A stretch of 61,833 bases of DNA, filler included, from Choristocarpus tenellus KU-1152 (taxonomy: Eukaryota; Protista; Phaeophyceae), in NCBI GenBank assembly GCA_964200185.2. It is 10 parts of 10 records of this genome, joined end to end, with 100 filler letters (N's around TTAATTAATTAA, not from the genome) between each part and the next. Parts side by side here need not be neighbours in the genome. Positions count along the whole stretch, not along the records: positions 41,059 to 50,394 come from CAXNAD020003767.1; positions 50,495 to 53,543 come from CAXNAD020022695.1; positions 53,644 to 61,833 come from CAXNAD020005025.1; 7 more parts are not named here. One strand, written 5' to 3'. Position 1 is the first letter of the stretch; the number at the start of each line of letters is the position of its first letter. Below the pieces are notes generated by a model that worked only from the letters and a program-made list of their open reading frames with translations, ran no database searches and was not told the origin of the DNA. Positions 43,474 through 54,754 of this stretch are shown here, one piece after another. The translations under genes were made by a program, and so were the position numbers.

Positions 43474-43800
43474 TTATCTACTTGAAAACGCGAAACTCTT
43501 GTGGATATGGCCACTTGAGAAGTGACTGAAATAACCTGCCATGATCAGGGTTTTACAGGCAACTCCCTTTCGACTGAGGATGAAACCCTCCACCCCCGTG
43601 TCTCCTACGACAGGTGTCTCTAGCTCATCTAGATAGACAATTCTGCTTGTGTACCAAGATGCCCCAGAGCTTTCCACCGTGAAGAAAGGTGTTGAGATAA
43701 AAATACGAGGACCGAAAGATCCGTTGTAGTAGTAGTGGTTTAGCTTACAGGGCTCTGATGTAGCACCAGTGGTGACACCGTCTTTCATTGACGAGTTGTA
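43474..43800 (-). mobile_element. Divergent, older copy of the CRE-like RLE C-terminus
   Basis: KDGVTTGATSEPCKLNHYYYNGSFGPRIFISTPFFTVESSG…YLDELETPVVG…RKGV, then after a frameshift QVISVTSQVAISTRVSRF. Colinear with the 29.9-kb copy. Confidence 0.65.
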
Positions 43801-45311
43801 GAAGTGACAGTCTGCTTATACTTCAGCAAATGCCCCATCCGTGAGGAGTTCCCTTTTCTTTGTATGCGGCAATAACTGCAACGGAGAGAACTCCTGGATG
43901 AAAGACTCATCCATACGGGAATTGCAAGCAACTATGAAGGGGCTGTTGTCCAAAAGTGTACGAGACACCTATTTGTTTGCAGATGATGTTGCAGGGTTAC
44001 CAGACCATGGGTACGTAATGCTGCAATTTACCGCCAACTCGGGGGCACGTGCAAGCATGGCCAGTCTCTATCCCTTGCTTCCTATGTCCCTCCACTGGTC
44101 AGCCATGGAGAGTGCTTCCTTCAACTAAAGAACGCTTCATCGTGAGCCAAATTCAGGGGGAGGAATCCGTCTAGCTGGCTCAAGGGGTTGAGTGGAGGCC
44201 CAAGCATTAGTCCCTTGTCCACATTGACTCCTGTGCCTGGCTAAGGCCATCATTGTAGAAGACTCATTTCCAGGTCTGGGGTCTGTATGGAGGTTCGCCA
44301 GCTGGAAGCAGAAAGATTCAAAACGGACTCAGACAAGTAATAGAGCAATGTCATGTTAGGCCCATCTGGGCATCCTTCCTACGTCAAGTGCAGCCAGTAT
44401 GTGGAGTGCAGGGGGTTGCCCTAAGGGGGGGGTACTCCCCCAGTCTACCCATCCTAGGCCAACGATCACAACCAGGTCGTCCGCAGAAGCCCTAGGTATA
44501 GGACGGATAAAATAGAAGTACTGAGGGCCAAGATTGTCGGACTGTAGCGGATAGTAGCAGTAAATCAGTGGATATAGTACTTCGAAGTAATTAATTGGGA
44601 GTTACAACTTACACGTAGCATTTATTCCTGCTGAGATATTGTAGGGGTTTTTACACAGAAAAGGCATGAATAATATAGGGATTAAGGCAACAAACATAGT
44701 AACAAAATAGAGATCGGTGAGGGAAGATAACGTCAATTATAATTTGTTTGTTGTTTCCCTTGGTTACCTACCTCTACTAACTGCACAGGTGTAAACATCA
44801 AAACTATTCAGTAAAACATCGACAATGGATTCACTTGCCAAAAAATACACACTAACCATGATGATGGGCAAATTCGTTTGAATGATATCCTCCCGCAGAA
44901 CAAAATAAAGCGGGGGTTGGTCACCATTAGTTTTCTCACGAGAATAATCCCTTGTCAGATGTTCCAATGCCAGGATTCTGTCAACAAGCACTACAATAGA
45001 GTAGGTCAAAATGGAGAGGTTTTCCATACAGTAGTTGATAGTATCTGATAGGCGAATACGGCTACTTCTTATTCAACGTATTGACATATATGATCATCAA
45101 TACAACTTTATCCCTCTCAGTAATTTAGGTAACCTCTTTTTGAGTGAGTGTACTCACGTACCACCATTGCAAATAGTGTCTCTAAAAACATGCTTTCGAG
45201 AATTTTTAGCGAGCTTTCTTACCTTTCACACTGCCAGAGATGATACCACGTCTGGGCACATGTTTATAGCGTATGTATTATTATGCCCTCCGACATTTTA
45301 CAGATGTGTCA

Positions 45312-45490
45312 GAAGGGGGTCAAAACCAAGACCAACACTACATGAAACAGTGTCCGCCACTACTCTAGTGGCTCTCTCGAGACACGTCATGCGTTTCAAG
45401 CTAGAGGCACCGGGCAGGTGGGCAAGAAGGATCCTGACAGATTCCTGGGATGTTTCCCTCCTCCTCACGCCCACCTTTGTAAACTAACCT
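45312..45490 (+). mobile_element. Short CRE-like fragment
   Basis: TVSATTLVALSRHVMRFKLEAPGRWARRILTDSWD matches the C-terminus of the 30.2-kb and 31.1-kb copies. Confidence 0.75.
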
Positions 45491-46399
45491 AGATGAGGAC
45501 CAGAGAACTGAACACAGAATTTGGTAAACGATCTTGAAGGGAGTATTGCTGTATTGTTAAAGTTTTCAAATAGCACGTAAGAAGCATTAACGACAAATGC
45601 GTCGTTGTTGTACCTACAATAGTAGTAGTCCTTAGTATATAGTTTTGTTCTTAGTTTTTCACTAGTACGCCCTCTGACATTTTGTAGATGTGTCAGGGAA
45701 AAAACTAAAGCTATTTCGGAAGGGCTGCCACAAAAAGAGTAGTTGTGTGATAGCCACCTCTCAGCCCAGGTATGCCTTCAAGGTCTGTTTCCTCTTATGA
45801 GATGAGCATTTGCTTCCATACCACTTCAATATCGGGTTGTTTGAGTGGAGCTTACAAACCCCCCTCATTCACCTTCCTTGTTCGCTATTTCCCTGAGTAA
45901 TCTTTTGAGGGTTGTTCACCCTTTTGCATTGTCTCCTCCTTTACACTCCTCCTGTGGGTCTTCCTGTTCCCCTTTAGTCTGAAGAAACTGTCTGCCAATT
46001 TCCAATTTTTTCGCAGTTGTCGCTAATACAATAAACACTTCTCCAAAAAAAACATTTGTTACTCGAAAACTAAGAACACATCAATGCTCCCTTGAAGGTT
46101 GGTAACTGCAATATGTCATGTAACCTAGCTTAGTCTACGAAGGTTGGCGAGGAACTATAATAGCGTACGGTAAGGAGCCCTAATATGAAACATTGATTTG
46201 GAGGTATCCCATAGAACTTACTCCCATTTCTCATTTCTTTGAACCGATTTCACCATTGTGAAGAATGCACTACTCTTAAGTGGCCAGTTCGCGCATCACT
46301 TACAAGTGATACTTGTGGTGTGGGAGAATCGAAGAAGGGGGATAACAAAACCCCGATTCGAAATCCCTGGTCAGAACCGTTCCAGTCTTACACTAGGCA

Positions 46400-47010
46400 C
46401 ATGTATTGCTCAACAAGATGTCCAAGATCATCAAGAGAAAGAATTCGACCCTGATTGAAAAAATATCAGTGATTGTAACTGCTTCAAGGCGGGAAGACGG
46501 AATCCAGTATTGTGGCGATATGAAGTGTGTTCCCGGAATGTTTAAGAGCAATACCCAGGCCATCTCAAGGCTTTGGATGGTCCACAAGACTCATGAGGAT
46601 ACTGGTGTGACGGATTCTGACACCAGTCAGAGACAGAAAGGAAAGTCTAGTCACGAAGGTACCAACAATGTCAATGACCCAAGAGATGCCCTCGAAATGA
46701 TTTCCATAAAAAAAAATCACAACCAAGCACGCCCTTGTGGCTCAGCTAATTATCCTGCCGTCCGCTCTGCATGACAACATGAAGAAGCTCGGTTTAAGAT
46801 CATGTTTAGCCTTGTGAGTGCGAGTTACAAAGGCTGAGGTGGGCAACACACTAGGTCACTGACGGACCTGGAGGCTGGAAGACCTTCCAACACTTCGCCC
46901 ATGTGGTTGAGAATTGTTTTCTATCCGCACAGACGATCAATAGCAGTACTTCTATCGTTAAAACAAGTTTCCAGACCGGAAGGTGCAGTGCAAGGGTCAT
47001 ATTACCTATT
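46400..47010 (+). mobile_element. Decayed mariner-like (plant/oomycete DD39D-type) transposase, N-terminal half
   Basis: AISRLW…SQRQKGKSS (HTH region), then across frameshifts RLRWA…FQHFAHVVENCF (cf. VHVDEKWF) and FPDRKVQCKGHIT (cf. P.R..KSK..ITKVMF). A possible decayed TIR TA-CTCCC lies at ~46219. Confidence 0.65.
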
Positions 47011-47696
47011 GACCATAAACTCGCTAAAGTGATCACAGTTCTAGCACTGTCGTTGTTGCTTTCATCTTCAAGGAGGAGGGCAGCTCTACCTTTACCTGTA
47101 ATCTGACAGAAAACCAAAGCGTCCAGATAGAGTTTGCGTCACATACTTTAAAGTCTGTGATGGTCTGTCTTTAATCTCAATCAACTGCAAACGAAGTCAT
47201 TACACACAAAAAATATAACAGGCAGCGAGCTTTGAAACCTAACCATGCCTCACAGACGTCAGTTGTGCCACAAGGCTCAGGCCACACTATTCATGGTTCT
47301 GAAAGGATTGCGTCGAAAATATAACTCTACAGTACAACCAAAGTGTGAAGGCATCAACATGTTCTAAACTCGCCTTATACTTTGAACACTGACAGTGGTA
47401 AAAGTGGCTTCACTTCATGATCCAGCAGGCTTAGTCGTACCTGAGCCCATGAAATTCATGTAATAAAATTGCAACATGAGCTTGATCAGAGCATTGTGGA
47501 CACTATTACATGTGGATGGTTAAGTACTGGTTATGTCTTTAACCGAGTGTCTTTAGGTGATAATACTGTGTGGGGATGTATCAATTTGAAGCACATTTCT
47601 CCTCAAACCTGTCAGAGTGAGCGCCACTTGTTCTGTACTTAAAGAAGTTTCTGCACGCCCTTAATTAAAAACTCTAGCAATAAAACACCAAAGGGG

Positions 47697-48447
47697 TTAT
47701 GTTGTGATTAGACTCTCGAATACAAAATCTATGGGATCTTCAAGGGGCGAGGCATTAATAAGAGTAACAACCTTATCAAAGTCCAACAAAGTGCAGTCTG
47801 TTCCGCACGCTTCCAATAGCCGCATTCCTGGCTTTACAATCCCAATCGCCTGGGTGAAGGACGCAACGATGTCGATGTCAGTGGGAGGGTGCACAATGTG
47901 AGGAGACAATTTGCCTGTGAACAGAAGAGGCATGGTAGTGCAGTGTTAGACACCACTGGCTTGTTCTCAGGTCTAATACACCCAGCTTGTAATACTGCAC
48001 CAGTTCAAGAGTCAGGAAATCGCCGTAGTAATGAGCAGAGTCAAGAACCTCGAGAGGTTCTCTCCCACTCGATCTCACCTTCGCGCTCCCTCCCTCAACC
48101 AGCTCCTCTACCCTTAGTCCAGGTTTGCCAGCCTCCACCTCCTCCAGCATCATTCCTATAGGTTTATGCAGGCGGATCGCGATTCTTCCCAACTCTATGT
48201 TTTCCCCAATTTCTAATTCAGGAGTCGTGTTTCCGCTTTCCTCGCCAGAAGTTACTCCAGACTCTATCTCTGCCCACATTGACCGTACGAATCGCCCATT
48301 TGGCGTGAGCTTGGCACCTAGGCCCCGAGGTTGTCTTGAGAGAGGCGCAATCCACGCGTGTGCTGTACCCGGGACCAGCATAGGATTCAACATCACAAAG
48401 GGGGATGAAACGGTGACAAGCATGACTCTCACGTCCCTCGTAAGCAT
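47697..48447 (-). CDS. PDZ-like domain protein with bipartite (signal + transit) presequence, probably plastid-targeted; complete, 2 exons
   Basis: Exons 48447-48079 (…TAHA-WIAP…IRLHKPIGMMLEEVEAGKPGLRVEELVEGGSAK, donor GTGAGA) and 47849-47697 (AIGIVKPGMRLLEACGTDCTLLDFDKVVTLINAS...*). KP-hG-h-h, GGSA and VKPG-RLL match the PDZ pattern. AHA-W resembles the ASAFAP cleavage motif. Confidence 0.75.
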
Positions 48448-48680
48448 CGTGAAAAAGGAATGTCAACACTCAACCTTCATTCCTACTCCTCATCTCGAAA
48501 TGGAAAAGTTAATTGTTCTTAGTAAAATAAAAACATATTTATGTATATTTAGCTTCAACTCTTTGTAAACCCATTGTTTGCTTTTTGAGTCGACCATGTC
48601 AACATCGACCATGTCAACATCAATACAACCTACATTGACCAGTACCTTCTTGATCGATGCACGTTTCTCGCCGATGAAAA

Positions 48681-49658
48681 ATGAGAGCACACCTGCTTTT
48701 CGCATTCACAATGGCATCGTGCATTGAGTCGGTATCGGCATCATCAGGCGGTGGATCTACTTCAACTCCAAAGGCGTACCAGTCCCAAGACATCGAGGAC
48801 TTCACAACGATTCTCAGTGACAACGTCGTCTCATTTTCATCTCTTCTCATAGCTGCCTCCAGAGCCATGGAGACTCGAAGGCCTGACCGCTTATTCGATG
48901 ACCCCTTCGCGGAGATACTCGTGAGAGTAGTCGTCAGAGAAGCGTAGCAGCAGTTGTCCTTGGCAGCGTGCGAAAGAACGAAGAGGGGTCAGGCAGTATC
49001 CTGTTTAGGACCTGTCTGTGGAGCAAGTGGCACCTTACAGTTGGCAAGATGGAAACTATGATATCGTGGACGGAAGGCTCAGTAATATGCGAGATCTTCG
49101 TATCTAAATACTTTATTGTTGAGTGGGTCGTAATCCCTCGTCAACCGATGCTGCAACGGAGCTGAGTACAGAAGTCTTACCTCTGTGGCCCATTCTAATC
49201 GGGCCATATCTCCCACCCTTTGCACCCGCTCCTATAGGCAGGAGAGGAAGCCCTCGGTATATATGAGGAAAGGGAGAGAGAGAAGGATCAGGATGGTGAT
49301 AATGGGGGGAGATCCCGTCGTATAGCTATCCGTACACGTTTCTTCGACGACTTCTATGAAGATTGCTCATTGTCGAAGGGTATCTCCCAGGTGCTTCATA
49401 TTCGGTGGGCTCCTTTGAGGATGGGGTTGAACAGTACCGCAGGAGAAAATAATACGAGGATGACCCTCGATGTTACTTGGAGAAAGATGACGTGTCTGCA
49501 ACAGCATCGTCATGTAGTATATAGGTTCATTCCCCCAATGCTCTCCAATCGGAATCTTGGCAATCGTGCTCTTGTCTGGACTGATGCAACAGGTGGTTTC
49601 CCTTGGGTGTGGAATGGATACCAGGCCACTGCGACTCCGGTCTTCTGCTGGGGTAAAG
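48681..49658 (+). CDS. SAM-dependent methyltransferase of the leucine carboxyl methyltransferase (LCM/Ppm1, YktD-like) family, 5' part
   Basis: Exons 48681-48920 (…SLLIAASRAMETRRPDRLFDDPFAEIL), 49238-49390 (AGEEAL…IAIRTRFFDDF…GISQ) and 49593-49658 (VVSLGCGMDTRPLRL). Family motifs DPFA, RTRFFDD and LGCGMDTR are present. Confidence 0.9.
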
Positions 49659-50308
49659 GTGAATGCCTATTGTGTGCCAATGGGTAGCAGCTCCATGTAT
49701 CCCCAGAGCTTCTTGCAATTGATGTGATCACTTTCGATGTGTATGTTTCTGTACTAAGTAAACCAAACCGACCCCCTGCAACCGTTGCAAGAAGATGGGT
49801 CGTCGAGTATAGAAAGGTGCTTGAACTGTAGATTGACTAGTATATTTCTGTCTCAAGTGTTGAAATATGGCGCAACTCGGTGAGCGCGATTGATACGCCC
49901 ACCTCTTCCGCAAGAAAAAAGCATCCACACGACAGATATAGTTATTTATTTGATTGAGATCTGTGGCTGCTAAAAGCGGCGATGTTAAGCAGGGCATGTC
50001 AATCCCTTGCTCACGATAGCTTTGAGCAGGGCATTTTCTAGAAAGTCGAGCCAGAGGTGCAGTATGAGGTTGCGTTTACCTTCAATGTTACACTTGATTG
50101 TTCTTGAGTTTATTGACCACCAGAGTGAGGAGCTATTAATACATCAAGAATGATGCTGTGCGTACTGCAATAGTTGAAAGGTCGAAGTGAAGCACACTTT
50201 GTCTGTTTTGCCTGTTTGTTGTTTCCAAGATATCATGCTCAACATCCCACCACGACCAGCAGAATCAGAATCCCAAATCATGATATGGGCTCATCCTAGA
50301 GGAGTATT

Positions 50309-50345
<37 letters not shown>

Positions 50346-50494
50346 AGAAAAAAAGAGAACAAACAATAAATCAACCACTCCCTCACACTTTTCTNNNNNN
50401 NNNNNNNNNNNNNNNNNNNNNNNNNNNNNNNNNNNNNNTTAATTAATTAANNNNNNNNNNNNNNNNNNNNNNNNNNNNNNNNNNNNNNNNNNNN

Positions 50495-51976
50495 CATTAA
50501 GGACCCTCATACGCCGACCATCTGTGGCGCAAACATATGCCACCACGTATGCACCACTCCCAGCAGCAAACATGCACTTGTCAACATGGAGAGCAGTGCG
50601 TACAAAAAGCACCAGCTATGGAAAAACAAGTTAAAGATGTAAGCTATGTTGATCAGTATGCTTAGTCACACATGATTAAGATAGTGGATGGATCTGATGA
50701 ACGCACCCTTCAATTCTTTCAAAGTGGCACAATTTTGTGTTGCATGTCGTCAATGTGACAAGGACCTTGCCTTTTTCATCACCCCACTCCAAGGCAGCAG
50801 ACGGCAGTCCCCATCCACAAATATAATGTCAAGCTTTGCAAAAGCCTTTGCTGCTGAATTGTCTGCAAACTCTGCGTTTTCATTGTCATAGCAGAATTCC
50901 TGTCATCAAGGAACAAAAACAGGTGAAACTAAAGAATGCGTGCATCAAGATACTTCAAACTTACATTAAAATATAAAGCAAGGGCTGATGCACTTTCGAC
51001 ACCTGTCCTCCCCCTCCCTTCTTCCCCACCAATTTTGGGTAACGGGACCACTTGAAACGCCTTGCTCATGTTCCTTCATGGGACTTCTAATGCAAGGGGT
51101 ATCTATTCTGACCGACTATTATAACAAATACTGAGCTGATAATATCGAAAAACATATATTTAGAAGTCTGGCATACTACGTGCGGCTGCTTTGCACAGGT
51201 TAGCAGTTTGTTGGGTGGTGCAACAGTAGTAAGGGGAAAACAAGCAAGAAATATTATGTGGCTATGAAACTGTAAGTAGCACTGAACCATTCCCTTGTTT
51301 GAAAGGGTATTGATGTGGAACATGCTACTTAAATCAAAAGATAACTACAGTGTATCGAGCAGGACACAACAGGATCAACGAGGGTCATTGCCCTCACCTC
51401 TTTGGCGCTATCAATATATTGAGTAGGCTCGTCTTCTTTCAATTAAGGACTTCACACCGACTTTCCAGTCTACAGCAGCAGCGGACACTTCGAAATATTG
51501 GTGAACTCGTCAACCTCCGAGATTGATAGATTGCTCTGTTCCTTTTTTGTGCTCACATGTTTTCTACTCGTTCAAAGCACTACACTATCGGTTTTCGCGC
51601 AGATTGACCATCAATTATAGTAATTCCCCACCCCCCCCTATGGTACACACTTGATACATCAGAAGTAAAGAAGTGGTCGCTGCTTGGACAACCTACGAAA
51701 TTTTTGTACTTGGTATTCCTTTGAAAATATGTGAGGTAGGTTTGATATTGATTGGTGAAGCCTGACTCCACTACTACCAACTAGTCGCTCACTATGCTAC
51801 TGGCATGTGGTGCATACCTCTAGCCCATGTGAAAAATGACATGCAACAAAGTCGGTGCTGCCCTCCTCCTGCACATCTAGTGCCTTGAAGGCGGAACGTA
51901 CTCTTGCGTCAAAGTCTCTGAATGCACGCCTTCCCGATTTGGATTGCGAGAAGGCATCGATGATGAGAATTCGCAT
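50495..51976 (-). CDS. Uncharacterised protein, probable class I glutamine amidotransferase-like fold, 5' part
   Basis: Exons 51976-51818 (MRILIIDAFSQSKSGRRAFRDF…HGLE), 50899-50771 (EFCYD…AKLDIIFVDGDCRLLPWSGVMKK, GC donor) and 50615-50495 (LVLFVRTALHVDKCMFAAGSGAYVVAYVCATDGRRMRVLN) join in phase 0. The fold call is inferred from the motif pattern only. Confidence 0.65.
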
Positions 51977-53088
51977 CCTCCCTTTCACACAAAGTCGCTC
52001 CCCTCAGCTGAACGACTGTCTGCCGTGGTTCAGGTATGTTCTCCTGCATTCCAGATAAGGATAAATCTAAACCTACTTGTTGAATACAGTCACGATTGGG
52101 AACACAGAAGATTACATTTTTTTGTTGCGGTTTCACAACTCACAACACCAACCATAACTACAATATGGTTACAATACAACAGTACTATTAGTCTAAGAAC
52201 TAAGATAATTTATCATTTCATGTACGTAAAACTGGAGATTAGCAAATATACAACATATTATTGTACAAAACAATGTAAGATGCCAACTCTACCAGAAGTA
52301 TATTGTGTGTAGTTGGAGTTTTCGATATTGTGTGGATGCAGTACCACCATGGATCTAATCTCAAAACTAGTTGGAAAACGGAAAAAGTTGAGAAACCACG
52401 TACGTATGTATACACAATCGTCGTATCGTTGAATACAATAATATGGTATACAAAACAAAAAGTATAAAAATTGTAACTCATATCTTCCTTAGAATAATTC
52501 CACATAATTACTCTAAAAAAAGCAATATATCACTGTAATAATAATAGTAAGATGCACACAATAGATAATACATGATGTATGGTACAACCAGACCTCTCAA
52601 ATGCAGGATATTTTGGAGAAAAAGAAGCAAAAACAGGATGAGCAGGGTGAGTCTTCCTTCCTATATCTTATCCAATGAAAGGAAGGAGGAATTCAAAAAT
52701 AGATGTACTACACTATTTTTTCTTAAAGATCACTTTCTAGTTGTCGCGTTGCCCTCTCCACTCACACGTATCTGTATCCTTTCGAGTGAGCGACTCTCTA
52801 CATTTTGGATTGCAATGATAAACAATTACTATATACAAATCTATATTCCAATTATATATATAGTCATGTAGGTTCGATTGGTGGATGCCTGGGTGTCTGA
52901 CACATCATCCACACGTGTGCAGTTAACCGCATTTTTCAGAGCTTCTGAGTCAGAGTAAGCAAGAGGTTAGAAGGTTTTGTCCGTTTTGCATTTTAACCCA
53001 GTTTTTCAATCTTCCCGGATGAAGTGCTAATTTTCATTTGAAAGCATTAATTTTTCTATTGTTCACAGGATTCTGAAAATATCCTACA

Positions 53089-53267
53089 GACTCAAAGTCT
53101 CTGGGAGGGGGTGGCGGCAGTCCATTTGGGGTTAATTTTTTCATGTCGCGATTTTTGGATGATTTGGTTGCATACATCGGATAGATAATGTAAATGCACG
53201 TTTCCTGATTTTGGCCCAAATGGACACCCTGGTGTAGCTCCCCCCCCCGCCCCACATACTTTGGGCC
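53089..53267. mobile_element. MITE family A copy with slightly decayed TIRs
   Basis: GACTCAAAGTCTCTGGG … CCCACATACTTTGGGCC, same orientation and internal sequence as 1166-1341. Confidence 0.88.
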
Positions 53268-53654
53268 AAATGAATTTGCAAAGAAGACCAAATTTTGGAA
53301 TTTTTTGTCAACATCCTTCACATTAAACGCTCTGGGTACCTCTAGCTTACTTTCACTCTTATGTAGATGTTTTATTAACGTATATATAGGGCACCACTGC
53401 TCTCCTCTGAACATTTCAACTCCCCATGTCCTCTAATTGGTTAATTGACCAATAGTCGGGGGTGCCAGGCATCAATTGGGGCCCTGTGAGTCAAAGTATC
53501 TGAGAGGGTAGAGTCGCGTCCATTTGGGGGTCAAAATCCAATGNNNNNNNNNNNNNNNNNNNNNNNNNNNNNNNNNNNNNNNNNNNNTTAATTAATTAAN
53601 NNNNNNNNNNNNNNNNNNNNNNNNNNNNNNNNNNNNNNNNNNNTAGCCGGAAGG

Positions 53655-53822
53655 GGTGTTGGGGGGGCGGTGGTCTACACCAGGGTGTCCATTTGGACCT
53701 AAATCAGGAAAAGTGTATTTACATTATCCGTCCGATGTATGCAACCAAATAACACAAAAATCGCGACAACAAAAAAATGACCCCAAATGGACAGCCACCA
53801 CCCCCCCCAGATACTTTAAGCC
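53655..53822. mobile_element. MITE family A copy at contig start, left TIR missing
   Basis: GGTCTACACCAGGGTGTCCATTTGG … CCAAATGGACAGCC(C)nAGATACTTTAAGCC. Confidence 0.85.
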
Positions 53823-54754
53823 TGTGCTGCACGTATGCAATGCATTTCCTTGGAGTGTTTGCAGTGGTACTGACCCAAGTAAACAAGAGGCGCCCAGGTT
53901 TTGTTTATTTTGCATTTCAGGCCTGTTTCTCAATCTTCTGCAATTCACCAATATTTGTATGGATGAAGTTCTAAGTTTGACTCGAGAGGGTTTGTTTCTC
54001 TATTATTCGAAACAACTCACTGAGAAGGAACCCAGGTCACTCCAAAATTCACCATGGAGTGCATTCTACAAAAGACTCTCATTGCTTTGATGCATCTTTA
54101 CACTGAACAACAACCCTTGGGGTATTGTAAATCCACTTTGGAGAGGTGACAACCTTTCATGCAATCCTTTTGTAAGTCCCATTTTGCAGTTTCTCCGCCT
54201 TGCTGGACTTCTAGAAAAAGTGCACTGCCGGTGTGAAAAGGTCCAGCAGATTGAGAGTACCTTTTTCTACGTACAGACATACACATTCTTCTGCTTGATA
54301 ACTATAATGTCGCCTAAATGGAATATTGAGTATCCCATTTGCTCTTACTTCTCACTCCTCCCTTGGCCTGGTTACAATACCACCCTCTCTTCACACCCTG
54401 GTTGCACCTGTGGTGACATCCATGCTCTCTGTAAATGTCTCCCTCCACCCTTTGTTTCATTTCAATCAAGAAGTATACTCTGTCAATTCTTTTCGATATT
54501 ACTCTATTTCAGCTCAGTCCTCAACTCCTATACACTCCTATTTTGCAAACTAAGGCAAGACATCATTTCAAATTAGAAACAAGACACTGAACAGCTTCTT
54601 AGTCCCTAGTCCAGTCCATCATCTCCTCTCCCCTTTCTTTCCTGTTCAAGATCACCACTCCTGTGTGCACACTCTCATGCGTGCAGGATACTTAAAACGA
54701 CAAAGTAGCTACACTGTCGATGCCAAACGGCAATGATCTTTGTGTGTAACTCAC

